A stretch of DNA of 64,000 nt from a virus (Duplodnaviria; Caudoviricetes), in the IMG/VR virus record IMGVR_UViG_3300022660_000043, one strand, 5' to 3'. Position 1 is the first letter of the stretch. Each line of letters begins with the position of its first letter. Both the position numbers and the translations under genes were made by a program. The notes under the pieces were generated by a model. It ran no database searches, was not told the DNA's origin, and was given only the letters and a program-made list of their open reading frames with translations. Of the stretch, positions 1 to 9,072 are shown piece by piece.

Positions 1-450
1 AACCTGAATCAATTCTCCGGATACAGCGAAAGGCAGGTTTCCTGAAACGAGAACAGGAGCTTCTACAGAACTGAGACTGAGACCACCAAAACCGTGAGTC
101 TTATAGAAAGAGGATACAGGAAGACCGGGGAGAGTTGAGATCTTATCAAAGTTCATCGCGATAGTTTTGATAGTGGATCTATACTTGAGGTATTCCTTAA
201 TACCGTATGTAAACTTCATCATCTGCGGCGGAGTAAGATCGCCCATACCGATAATATGATAAAGATCACACTGAACGATCTTGGTCTGCAGTGATTCCTC
301 GGCTCTACAGAAATTCTGAAGTTCCAGGGCTTCCTGTATAGTCAGCTTCTTGAGATCGTCTGTTGTCTTGATACCTCCAAGTAAAAGCTCGCACTTATCA
401 ATGCGAACCTTAAGCAGAGTCATAAATCTTTCGAAAGTTTCCTTATTCAT
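1..450 (-). CDS. hypothetical phage protein (runs off window edge)
   Basis: Not in ORF track. ATG at 450 with GGAGG SD; open frame MNKETFERFMTLLKVRIDKCELL... to position 1. Confidence 0.75.
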   Translation of the reverse strand, partial: MNKETFERFMTLLKVRIDKCELLLGGIKTTDDLKKLTIQEALELQNFCRAEESLQTKIVQCDLYHIIGMGDLTPPQMMKFTYGIKEYLKYRSTIKTIAMNFDKISTLPGLPVSSFYKTHGFGGLSLSSVEAPVLVSGNLPFAVSGELIQV

Positions 451-459
451 AGGTCCTCC

Positions 460-708
460 TTACTGAACCAGTTCAATATCAAGTCTCTCAAGAGCAAGCT
501 TGAAGGTGAGACAATCTGCGGTGCCGAGAGGGAGTTCATAGCAAGAACACTTGTAGTCCCCCATAACCCGGATATTAACCGGACCTCCCCAGAGACAGAT
601 GAGTCTCACGAAGTTTCTGAGATCCTCACAATCTTCCGGTATCCAGAGCCTAGGGCCATAGCAACCCTTAATCTCAGGAATAAATTCTATCTTACGAGTC
701 TGCTTCAT
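460..708 (-). CDS. hypothetical protein
   Basis: 82-aa ORF, GGAGG SD, ATGA overlap with upstream gene. Confidence 0.7.
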   Translation of the reverse strand: MKQTRKIEFIPEIKGCYGPRLWIPEDCEDLRNFVRLICLWGGPVNIRVMGDYKCSCYELPLGTADCLTFKLALERLDIELVQ

Positions 709-1025
709 GTTCTTACCTCCTTGATCAAGTTCCAGCCCACAATATCACAGTAGTAAAGTCGGCACTTTCCGTTTCTCTCAATGTGCACACAGTCGCTTAC
801 GGAGAGGGAATGTCCAGTGAAATCCTCAGGTCTTCGCATATTAAATATATAGAAGAGAACTTCGAGGGCTTCGAGATCAGATTTGTCATCCATAGTTTCA
901 GACTCAAGATCATAGACAATCTCGTAGTCCTCTATGTTAAACTTATCTTCCTTGTATCCACGGAAAGCATAATCGCAACCCGCAATATCCTTGATCTGCA
1001 AAATACGAAAACGCGTCATTTTCAA
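705..1025 (-). CDS. YodL-like domain protein
   Basis: Signature LEVLFYIFNMRRPEDFTGHSLSVSD...YYCD.VGW typical of the YodL family. Confidence 0.8.
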   Translation of the reverse strand: MKMTRFRILQIKDIAGCDYAFRGYKEDKFNIEDYEIVYDLESETMDDKSDLEALEVLFYIFNMRRPEDFTGHSLSVSDCVHIERNGKCRLYYCDIVGWNLIKEVRT

Positions 1026-1204
1026 TCCTCCATATAATTCGGTTTGTATTTCGGCTTTCTCTTTCGACGGTCATCAAAGACCTGAGCTCTGTTCTTCAAC
1101 CGGCTGAATTTCCGGTCCTGAGAAGGAACACTTGAGATGTCAATTCGAATCTGAATCACATTCTCAGGTTTCCTCTCTCGTACTTCATAGGTTCTGCGCT
1201 TCAT
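1022..1204 (-). CDS. small basic hypothetical protein
   Basis: 60-aa K/R-rich ORF in operon context with SD. Confidence 0.6.
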   Translation of the reverse strand: MKRRTYEVRERKPENVIQIRIDISSVPSQDRKFSRLKNRAQVFDDRRKRKPKYKPNYMED

Positions 1205-1215
1205 AAGGTCTTACC

Positions 1216-1467
1216 TCACGCCTTTCCGTTCGCCATGTCCATAACGGTCATGAGAACTTCATTAGAAGGATTAGGATCAAGCTCCATCCACTCATCTGCA
1301 TAGACGTGAGTACTTCCAAAAGAGAACGCGTGGTTCACATCGATGTACTGAACCAGAGTTTTGTTTCCTCTGTCCTCAAGAACAACGTATCTCTCTTCAC
1401 CAGTCTCTCTGGGGCCAAGCCATTCAGGCTTTGCTTTGATAATGTCTCCAACGTTAAACTTACTCAT
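1216..1467 (-). CDS. small hypothetical protein (SH3/KOW-like beta-barrel candidate)
   Basis: Likely start MSKFNVGDII after GGAGG; first gene downstream of a canonical promoter. Confidence 0.65.
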   Translation of the reverse strand: MSKFNVGDIIKAKPEWLGPRETGEERYVVLEDRGNKTLVQYIDVNHAFSFGSTHVYADEWMELDPNPSNEVLMTVMDMANGKA

Positions 1468-1499
1468 TTCTAAAACCTCCAAGTTTCAATCACAATATT

Positions 1500-1528
1500 A
1501 TTATAACATGTTTGTCAGATTTTGTAAA
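1500..1528 (-). promoter_or_regulatory. canonical sigma-A (early) promoter
   Basis: TTTACA-17 bp-TATAAT with extended -10 TG on the minus strand. Confidence 0.75.
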
Positions 1529-1732
1529 CCGACAAAATATACAAAGTTTAAAAAATTTTCTAGCAGAACCTAATAAAAAACGACGACCTGTCCAGGAGGA
1601 ATAGACAAGCCGCCGCCAAAAAGGGAGGACTGCTGCTTTCGCAGCTAACTATGAAAAACCGAGGTTTCTAACCTCTATTATATTATACAGTATCCAAATC
1701 GCTTTTTTATTATTTCGTCCAAAAGTTTTTTA

Positions 1733-2230
1733 TTAGAATCTAAAGATTCTCATCCACTCATCCCAGAAAGATTTGGGGTCAAAGAGCTGATCAGCCAACT
1801 CTTTATACTCGTTGCTAGAGCTAGAGATAGTTACCACATGGTCACCATCCTTGAGAGTCATGTGATATCCCTCGGGGTGCTTAGCAATAAACTCATTAAG
1901 AGCTGCCTGATAAGCTGCCTCAGCATCATCTTTTGCTTTTGTTTCTGCGGCAATCGCTTCCTCATGCTTCTTATTAACCTCGCTTAGAGTCTCACGAATT
2001 GCATTGAGATCATTGTTAAGCTGCTTCTTGAGATTAAGAACATTGGTGTTGTACACCTGCTTTGCAGCATTGAAGTTCTTAAAAGCATCTTCTACTTTCT
2101 TAGCTTCAGCCTTCTTAATCTCAGAAGCTTTCTTCTTCTTAGCTTCCTTCTCTGCAGCCTGCTGCTCAGCTTCCTGAAGAGCCTCTGCAGAATCAAACAT
2201 CATATCAAGTGTTTCAGAATAAAATTTCAT
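1733..2230 (-). CDS. coiled-coil hypothetical protein
   Basis: 165-aa A/E/K-rich ORF with AAGGAG SD. Confidence 0.75.
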   Translation of the reverse strand: MKFYSETLDMMFDSAEALQEAEQQAAEKEAKKKKASEIKKAEAKKVEDAFKNFNAAKQVYNTNVLNLKKQLNNDLNAIRETLSEVNKKHEEAIAAETKAKDDAEAAYQAALNEFIAKHPEGYHMTLKDGDHVVTISSSSNEYKELADQLFDPKSFWDEWMRIFRF

Positions 2231-2363
2231 AAGTAAATTCTCCTTATCCTATTAAGTTTAAATTTTTCGCGCTCGAGAAGATAGTTCCTCTCCTTATCCC
2301 TCTCACGACTTATATTTTCAAATCACCTGAACGAAAATGATTTGTTTTCATTATTAATATACA

Positions 2364-2395
2364 GTAAAGCCAGAATTTTTTTATTCTGGCTTTAC
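2364..2395. terminator. hairpin/terminator downstream of the 1124-aa gene
   Basis: GTAAAGCCAGAAT...ATTCTGGCTTTAC inverted repeat. Confidence 0.5.
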
Positions 2396-2402
2396 ATAGC
2401 TC

Positions 2403-5400
2403 TTACTTTATACGCCAAGCTAAACTTATAGCTTCTTCATAAGCTGGATTATCAAAAGAAATACCCTTGAAGCCATCTTGATTAAGTTCTCTTAATTGTT
2501 CGGCATTCCAGCCCCACAATGAAGGTTTTCCTGAAGCAGTAAAAATAAAGGTAAACATTCCACCAAGATCCAACATTTCATCGTGGCACGATTGTATATC
2601 TTCACTGGATACATCATCATAAGACTTTATTAAAACTGCCTGTGCTACACCGTCTTCTGGTTCTTCTAACCCCCAAAGTTCTACTCTACTGCTATCTACA
2701 CACTCTGCAAAGTCTGCAGGAGAAAGATTAAGAATACTTTCTTTCATTGCACTAGTCATGTTAGATAAACTTGAGGCAGCACTCTTAAGTTTACTTCCAG
2801 TATCCTCTAGTTCTGCAACTGCATCTTCAGTAGACTTAAGATCTTCTTCAATGATTTTTCTAATGCACTCAAGAAGTTCATCTTCTCTTTCAAAGTTTTC
2901 ACCTAGACCTTTAAGCTTACGTCTAAGCTTATTCATTTCTTTATGCCACTTATCAGAAAGCTTGGTTTTACTCTTATCTGCATAACCTACACCTTGACCC
3001 TTAAGTGCAGCATACATTCTAGCAAGCTGAAGATCAGACAAGTCGCTCAACTTGCCAGAGAACCCAGAAGCTTCTTCCTCAGTATCCTCTTCAGCATCTT
3101 CCTCTTCAGCATCTGTGTCTCCAGTATCTGAAGTGTCCTTAGCTACTAATAACTTCTTAGCTTCCTCAAACTCGGCTTGAGGCATAATATCCAGTAATGC
3201 TTCTAAGGTCTCAGCTTCTTTCATCTTTTTAATAGATGCTTCTATAGCAGCTAAGAATTTCTCATAAGATTCTTCTGTGTATCCTTCTTTTTCTACGGTA
3301 TCTCTAAGATCACTTAATGCTTTGATTAATTCCGCTCTTTCTGCTTCCAGATCCTCACTCGCTGTTTCTCCGGAGTCTTCATTTTCCTCCTCCGCAGGCT
3401 TAAGAACAAGAAGTTTATTAAATTCCTCAATCTTAGCTGCAAGACCGGCATCGAGTTCTTTATATTCCTCTTCAGACTTAAGTTCTTTTAACACAGTCTC
3501 AGCATAGTCCACAATTGCCTCATCATAAGCATTCCAGGATTCTTCTGTGTATTTATCTTTTTCAGAGTTCTTAACTACCTCACTAAAGAGTCTTGCAGTG
3601 AGCTTCTCAATGAGTTCATCGAGATTAACTCCATCATCTTCAGGATTCTCATCCTCAGGATTTTCATCCTTATTCTTAGGATCTTCATCACCGGTATCTT
3701 CATCATCATCCTCAGTACCTGTATCCTCAGGGGCTTCCTCTTCTTTAGGATCTAGGAGAGCTTTAAGTTTCTCTAGCCATGCAGGTAACTTATCAATAAA
3801 TGCTTGAACCTTAGAAGACTGAGTAGCTTTCTTAATTGCCTCACTCTTAGTTTGAATCTCACTCTCGTAGTCAGCGTAAGAATCCTCGGTGTAAGCGTCA
3901 GGCTTTTCTTTACCTTTCTGTAAAGCTTTAAGTGCCATCTTCTTTAGGAGTTCAAGATCCTCATTGTCCTCGACAGTATCTTCGTCTTTACCATCAGATC
4001 CACCTGTACCACCGGAACCGCCGCCGCCATTAGCTTTCTTAAGTAAAGCATTTAACTTAGGAACCCTCTCTTTAAGCTCTTTAGGATAAACTTCAGTTAA
4101 AGTTTTAAGCTGCTTCGCACCCTCAATACTGGATTTATATTGTTCATACTTCTTAGAGTACTGTTCGTAAGATTCAGGAGTATAACCCTCGGGTTTAATC
4201 TTCTCACCGAGAATAGCCAGACATTCAGCTCTAGCTTCTTCTAGTTTCTTAGCTGCATCATCTTCATCTCCATCATCATCTAAGCCACCGTCTTTTTTCT
4301 CAAGAAGGTTTTCTGCTGCTTCTTTCTTACCGGCTACATCAAAGTCTTCGAGTTCAGCAGCTTCCCCAGCAGCATCGATTTCCTCAATGATTGCATCCCA
4401 AGCTTCCTTATACTTAGCATAAGACTCCTCAGTATATCCGGCGGGAGGAATAATCTTACCAAGCTCTTTCTTAAGCTCTTCTTTTACCTCATCAATAGGA
4501 GTAAAGGTCTCACCAGCTTCTGCGCTATTTTGATTTGCAATTACAAGTTCCTTGATTCTCTTATTAATATCATCACGACCGGAAGTAGTAGTAGCCTTAC
4601 CATTAACATAAACTTCTAGCTTCCAACCATATTTATCAACAAGCTTCTTAATCTGAGGATCACTAATAGTAACTCCTTCTTTAATTGCTATAATCTCAAC
4701 ATTAGCATTATTAAATCTAACTGAATGGCCTTTAGCAATCTTCTCCGCAGAGTCTAGAGTTTGTGCACGTTGGTTCTGACAAGGTTTACCATTGGCATCC
4801 ACGATATCTTCTTTTTTAGGTCCGACAATATGGATATAATAACCTTCAGAAAAAATCTCATTAATATTAATTGTAGCTTTAGTAGCCTTATTAACTACCT
4901 GCTTTGCCTTGTTTCCAAGTTTATTGAGGGTCTTCTTAAAAAAACCGGCCTCAGCCTCGGTAAGGTACTCGGTCTCATCGAATACTTCATCTTCACCTGA
5001 GAGCTCTACCAAAAGTTCATCAGGCTCGTAACCCATAGGAACCCACTCACAAGCGTACTCACGCTCAAGACGCTCATAAGCTTCTTCTTCGGTAGCAGCT
5101 CTCACAGCGCCTACAAACTCACCGTTGTCAGTATAGCCAACCCAGGTAGGAAGATTAACAGACTCTACTAAGATCTGCTTATCCGCAGACTCTTCAATTT
5201 CTTTCTCGTCCTCTTCGCCTTTGTCTTCATCTTTGTCTTCATCTTTGCCCTCATCTTCTTCCTGATCTTCTTCCTGATCTTCGCCAGCAAGATCCTTGAG
5301 TTCATCGATGTGTTCTTCTTCCTCTTCCTTGATATGATCTATAGTATCGAGGATATCATCCTTCTCATCCTCATCCATAGGTAGGTGCTGAATAGTTTCA

Positions 5401-5777
5401 TCAGCTGCCTCATATGCATCGATAGCATCATACTCATCCTTAATAAGAGTGTCGAGAGCATCCATTACAGTAGGCTCACTCTCCCAGTCCTTTGTAGTAT
5501 CTGGGGCATACTCAGTTACATCTGGAAACTCTTGAGTATAAAGATCATTAGTCAAAGCAAACTGGTCGAGCTTAAACTCAGGGGCTTCAGTAACTCTGGT
5601 CCAAGTTTTTGCCATTTCATCTGTATCCACTTTTCTTTGGCAGGTTGGACAAATATAACCTACCTCCAGTTTAACACCATCTGCCTTGGGAAATAGGTCA
5701 AAGCATTCCTTACACTCAACCATGTCTTCATTGAGCTCAAGGTCTTCAACCATATCTTCAAACTTATCCATATCCAT
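2403..5777 (-). CDS. large acidic multidomain protein: Zn ribbon, half-ferritin-like helical hairpin, five FIVAR-like repeats; putative internal head protein
   Basis: CKEC..CPTC; LIKDEYDAIDAYE...IKEEEEEHIDEL; five YT(E/P)(E/D)S(Y/W) repeats; late motif upstream at 5838. Confidence 0.7.
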   Translation of the reverse strand: MDMDKFEDMVEDLELNEDMVECKECFDLFPKADGVKLEVGYICPTCQRKVDTDEMAKTWTRVTEAPEFKLDQFALTNDLYTQEFPDVTEYAPDTTKDWESEPTVMDALDTLIKDEYDAIDAYEAADETIQHLPMDEDEKDDILDTIDHIKEEEEEHIDELKDLAGEDQEEDQEEDEGKDEDKDEDKGEEDEKEIEESADKQILVESVNLPTWVGYTDNGEFVGAVRAATEEEAYERLEREYACEWVPMGYEPDELLVELSGEDEVFDETEYLTEAEAGFFKKTLNKLGNKAKQVVNKATKATININEIFSEGYYIHIVGPKKEDIVDANGKPCQNQRAQTLDSAEKIAKGHSVRFNNANVEIIAIKEGVTISDPQIKKLVDKYGWKLEVYVNGKATTTSGRDDINKRIKELVIANQNSAEAGETFTPIDEVKEELKKELGKIIPPAGYTEESYAKYKEAWDAIIEEIDAAGEAAELEDFDVAGKKEAAENLLEKKDGGLDDDGDEDDAAKKLEEARAECLAILGEKIKPEGYTPESYEQYSKKYEQYKSSIEGAKQLKTLTEVYPKELKERVPKLNALLKKANGGGGSGGTGGSDGKDEDTVEDNEDLELLKKMALKALQKGKEKPDAYTEDSYADYESEIQTKSEAIKKATQSSKVQAFIDKLPAWLEKLKALLDPKEEEAPEDTGTEDDDEDTGDEDPKNKDENPEDENPEDDGVNLDELIEKLTARLFSEVVKNSEKDKYTEESWNAYDEAIVDYAETVLKELKSEEEYKELDAGLAAKIEEFNKLLVLKPAEEENEDSGETASEDLEAERAELIKALSDLRDTVEKEGYTEESYEKFLAAIEASIKKMKEAETLEALLDIMPQAEFEEAKKLLVAKDTSDTGDTDAEEEDAEEDTEEEASGFSGKLSDLSDLQLARMYAALKGQGVGYADKSKTKLSDKWHKEMNKLRRKLKGLGENFEREDELLECIRKIIEEDLKSTEDAVAELEDTGSKLKSAASSLSNMTSAMKESILNLSPADFAECVDSSRVELWGLEEPEDGVAQAVLIKSYDDVSSEDIQSCHDEMLDLGGMFTFIFTASGKPSLWGWNAEQLRELNQDGFKGISFDNPAYEEAISLAWRIK

Positions 5778-5837
5778 TCTCCTTTTAAACTATATCTAAT
5801 TAAAATGATTTATCTCCAAATCACCAAATTAATCATA

Positions 5838-5847
5838 TAATTTAGCA
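5838..5847 (-). promoter_or_regulatory. putative late promoter TGCTAAATTA
   Basis: Recurrent motif about 60 bp upstream of the 5777 start. Confidence 0.7.
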
Positions 5848-6252
5848 GTAAATATAAGTACGTAAAGTTTGAATTGCATCTTTTTGTATTTTAGCCTCTA
5901 GGGCTGGATCTCGAGTTGAGGATTTACAAAGGTAGAGTTTAATCACCCTGCCTTTGTGGATTAATCGAATATCTGAAAACGAGCCATTTTGGAAATACTC
6001 TAATTTGGAACCATAAAATTCCGGGATATCTCGAAATCGAGTTATGGTATCCAGGTATTCATCTACTAAAAGTTTAGCATCTTCCCGATAAGACATGTTA
6101 TCGCGGCCGAATTCAAAAAGAAGATCTTTCCAGATAGTAACTAGCTGTCTTCCAGAAAGATCTTCATAAAACTTTAAAGTTTGTCCTCTATACTCAAGCT
6201 CATCCACAACAATTCCAGAATTTTGAAGTTGTTCTATTTTGGATTTACTCAT
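5842..6252 (-). CDS. hypothetical protein
   Basis: 136-aa ORF directly downstream of the helicase. Confidence 0.7.
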   Translation of the reverse strand: MSKSKIEQLQNSGIVVDELEYRGQTLKFYEDLSGRQLVTIWKDLLFEFGRDNMSYREDAKLLVDEYLDTITRFRDIPEFYGSKLEYFQNGSFSDIRLIHKGRVIKLYLCKSSTRDPALEAKIQKDAIQTLRTYIYC

Positions 6253-6253
6253 G

Positions 6254-7963
6254 TCAAAGCTCCCTAAGAATTTTTCTCATTTCATTTTGTAGTGAAATGG
6301 AAAGCTCATTCTCCTTACCATCTATTACATAGTCCGCAAGATCTTTCTTAGCTTCCACTACATCCCACACTCGGTCATCTATAGTATCCGGACAACCTAG
6401 GATCTTGATAATAGCAGGTCTGGTATTAGTAACTCTCCATATACGGTCAGCAGACTGCGAGAGGGAACTCCAGGTCCAGGGAGAATCAAGACAGATCATG
6501 TAACTCGCTGCATTTAAGGTCCAGCCGGTTCCACACTTACCATGAGTCCCAATGAAAACGAACTGTTTTGGGTCTGACTGGAAAGCATCCATATTTCTTC
6601 TTACCTCAGAGTCATCCTGATCTCCAGTATTAACCGTCGGACCTAGGTCCTCGAGAAGTTTCGCTAATTCATATACCGGTTCTTTAAACGTACTCAGGAT
6701 TACTACCTTCTCGCCCTCTCCCACTAGGTCTCTCACTATGTCTACACATCTTTCTATCTTAGAAGAAAGTATAGGTTGAGAAGTTAGGATACCAGGGCAA
6801 GCAGTCGCCTGTCTCAGGCGGGTTGTGAGCGCGAGTAAGTTACCGGCTTTAAGTTCGACTCGATCGGCTTCTTCCTTTACGCCTTCCTTGATAGCCTCAT
6901 AAAACTTCCGGTGCTCATCACTCATCTCTACCAACTCATAAGTAATGGTCTTAGGAGGCATGTCTGATCTTACCTGATCCAGGGTTCTGCGAATAGAACA
7001 GGCTCCGAGTTCTTCTCTCAGAGTTTCCAGGTTCTTGTATCCAACAACTTGCTTATCTCCGAAACCGCCATACTCACAGTACTGAGCTTTGAAGTTAGTG
7101 AGAGTAGCTTGGTCATTCTCAGTCCAAGCAAGAGGCATGTAACAGGAGAGGGGAGAGTTAATCAGCAAAGTACCGGTGGCAGCAACTTTGTAATCTGCAC
7201 CGAGCTTGAGAAGGTTTCCGCCCTGAGCTGAAGTCTTAGTAGCGAACTTATGAACCTCATCGACTGCGATAAGTCCGAACTTATTAGAGCTCTTCTTGAA
7301 AGCTTCGACGAACTCATCTGACCGGAGAGTAGCCGCATTAACTATAACAAAGAATTCCTCTATTGGATTCATGAGGATCTCGGCTCTCTTCTTAACAGAC
7401 TCATAACTGATTCTGCCATGTTTTGAAATCTTCTCACCTAGGACAATACAGGACTCATTTGAAAACTTCTTAATCTCGGCTTTCCAGTTCTGTCTCAAGG
7501 AATCTACACCGCAGATGATCATGCAATGATCTATCAACCCTCTCGCCTTGAGGATCTCAGCATACATGATAATCTCATTTGTCTTACCTAGACCCATAGA
7601 ATCTAGAAGAAGCCATTTAGGTCTTTCCGGATCTAGACCGAAGTTAACCCCCTCAATCTGATGTTGGAAAGGTTTGAACTTAAAACTCAGTACCTCAGAT
7701 TCGGTAAGTTGAAAACGATCTGTTTTGAAATCCTGCTTTTCTGGAATTAGCTGAAGCTGGATTTCATCATAGAACGTGAGTTTGTCTAAAGCTTCTCCAA
7801 GTTCGTCTGCTGGAATTTCCCAAGTGTAATCCTTCTTGTGGTACACAGCCATAGCAAGAGTCTTCATTGTATCCACTATCGCAGGATTATACTGGAAGGT
7901 AATGAGAAAGGAACTGAGGCCACTGAGTTTTCTTGGTGGCTGGCTTTCTCTTATGTTAATCAT
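6254..7963 (-). CDS. SNF2-family (SF2) helicase with probable N-terminal HARP-like domain
   Basis: Q motif PFQHQ, Walker A-like MGLGKT, DEVH, motif III TGT, GTGWTL and QSADRIWR; N-terminal ...YHKKDYTWEIP resembles HARP. Confidence 0.88.
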   Translation of the reverse strand: MINIRESQPPRKLSGLSSFLITFQYNPAIVDTMKTLAMAVYHKKDYTWEIPADELGEALDKLTFYDEIQLQLIPEKQDFKTDRFQLTESEVLSFKFKPFQHQIEGVNFGLDPERPKWLLLDSMGLGKTNEIIMYAEILKARGLIDHCMIICGVDSLRQNWKAEIKKFSNESCIVLGEKISKHGRISYESVKKRAEILMNPIEEFFVIVNAATLRSDEFVEAFKKSSNKFGLIAVDEVHKFATKTSAQGGNLLKLGADYKVAATGTLLINSPLSCYMPLAWTENDQATLTNFKAQYCEYGGFGDKQVVGYKNLETLREELGACSIRRTLDQVRSDMPPKTITYELVEMSDEHRKFYEAIKEGVKEEADRVELKAGNLLALTTRLRQATACPGILTSQPILSSKIERCVDIVRDLVGEGEKVVILSTFKEPVYELAKLLEDLGPTVNTGDQDDSEVRRNMDAFQSDPKQFVFIGTHGKCGTGWTLNAASYMICLDSPWTWSSLSQSADRIWRVTNTRPAIIKILGCPDTIDDRVWDVVEAKKDLADYVIDGKENELSISLQNEMRKILREL

Positions 7964-8261
7964 CGAACAATGAAACTGAAGTATTAGTAAAGTCTAATTC
8001 TTCCTGCTCCTTCTTTGCTTTATAACTTACTGAAACCTCAACTATAAACTGCTTTCCACAACCGTCGCAGATATAACTTTCTGTCTGGCAAGGATCCTCA
8101 GAATAAGAGTGATGAAGAATCTTTCCTAAAGCATCTCTCAAAGGCATGTCTTCCGGCTTACCTAGAAAATCACCCGGCATCATAATCTCACAAGGTAAAT
8201 ATTCATATCCGCAATGTGGGCACTTTATAAATTGCTTAATTTTTTCAATATTGGAATCCAT
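7956..8261 (-). CDS. zinc-ribbon protein
   Basis: CPHC...CDGC; AGGAG SD; overlaps helicase start. Confidence 0.75.
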   Translation of the reverse strand: MDSNIEKIKQFIKCPHCGYEYLPCEIMMPGDFLGKPEDMPLRDALGKILHHSYSEDPCQTESYICDGCGKQFIVEVSVSYKAKKEQEELDFTNTSVSLFDD

Positions 8262-8670
8262 TATATGTAAATCTCCTAAAAATAATTTTCTCTAAAAATA
8301 ATTAGCTCGCGCGTGCGCATTCAGATCTGAAGCTATATATAATAGCTTTAAGCTTAAAGCTATATATTAAAGCTTTAAAATATATACTTAAAATATTTAT
8401 ATAGAATATATATTTTGGGCTTTTGAAAATGCTTCAAAATGCTGTATAATAAAAATGTGAGTTCAGCCTACTACTCAGAAGTCTGACGACTTCTGAAAAC
8501 AGTTCATTTTCAGTTTACTTGTTTTTCAGTTGGACTTAACTTCCGGCTGGAGCCGGAAGTAATACCCTCTCCCCCAACCCCCTCTCCCTCTTACGAGGTC
8601 AAGGAAGGCAGGGAGCATAGAAAGAAATAATTGAAAATGAACAATCCAGAGAACTCGCAGTCTCTATTAT

Positions 8671-8699
8671 ATTATACAATATGCACAACCATAGATTAA
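8671..8699 (-). promoter_or_regulatory. TTAATC-17-TATAAT promoter reading towards the zinc-ribbon/helicase genes
   Basis: Same architecture as the promoters at 10798, 15115 and 15879. Confidence 0.6.
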
Positions 8700-8952
8700 C
8701 AATTTTATATAAATTATTTAATTTTATTTAATTTAATTTCCGGCCACGGAGGTCAGTAATTAAATTTTTTTATTGAGCCAAATTGTTAAAAATTTATCAG
8801 TCTTGAATAAAAGCAAGGACTCGCTCCAGAGGCCGTTTAAAGGCCCTCAGGCGAGTTTTCTTTTTTAGGCTACCAAGTATTAGCCCCTCTCGACTTCGTG
8901 CGAATTTGGCTAGAAATTTTGAGCCACACAAAGTTCTGGGCCTTAGGCTAGA

Positions 8953-9039
8953 CCTGTCTGGCTTCCCTCCCTTTGGCCCCGGGAAATTGTAAACATTTTG
9001 TAAATTTTTGGAGAGGGCCTTAAGGGGAAGCCAGACAGG
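8953..9039. repeat. 15-bp perfect inverted repeat forming a large hairpin
   Basis: CCTGTCTGGCTTCCC (8953-8967) / GGGAAGCCAGACAGG (9025-9039), with inner GGCCC/GGGCC. Confidence 0.85.
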
Positions 9040-9072
9040 AGAGGGAGACTGGTCCTCCTAAGCCCTAGGCTG

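Noticed and set aside
2758-5696. Several Ser-rich plus-strand ORFs (similar ones at 44112, 47618-48430, 50008, 59229)
   Set aside because: Reverse-complement artefacts of Glu/Asp-rich coding sequence
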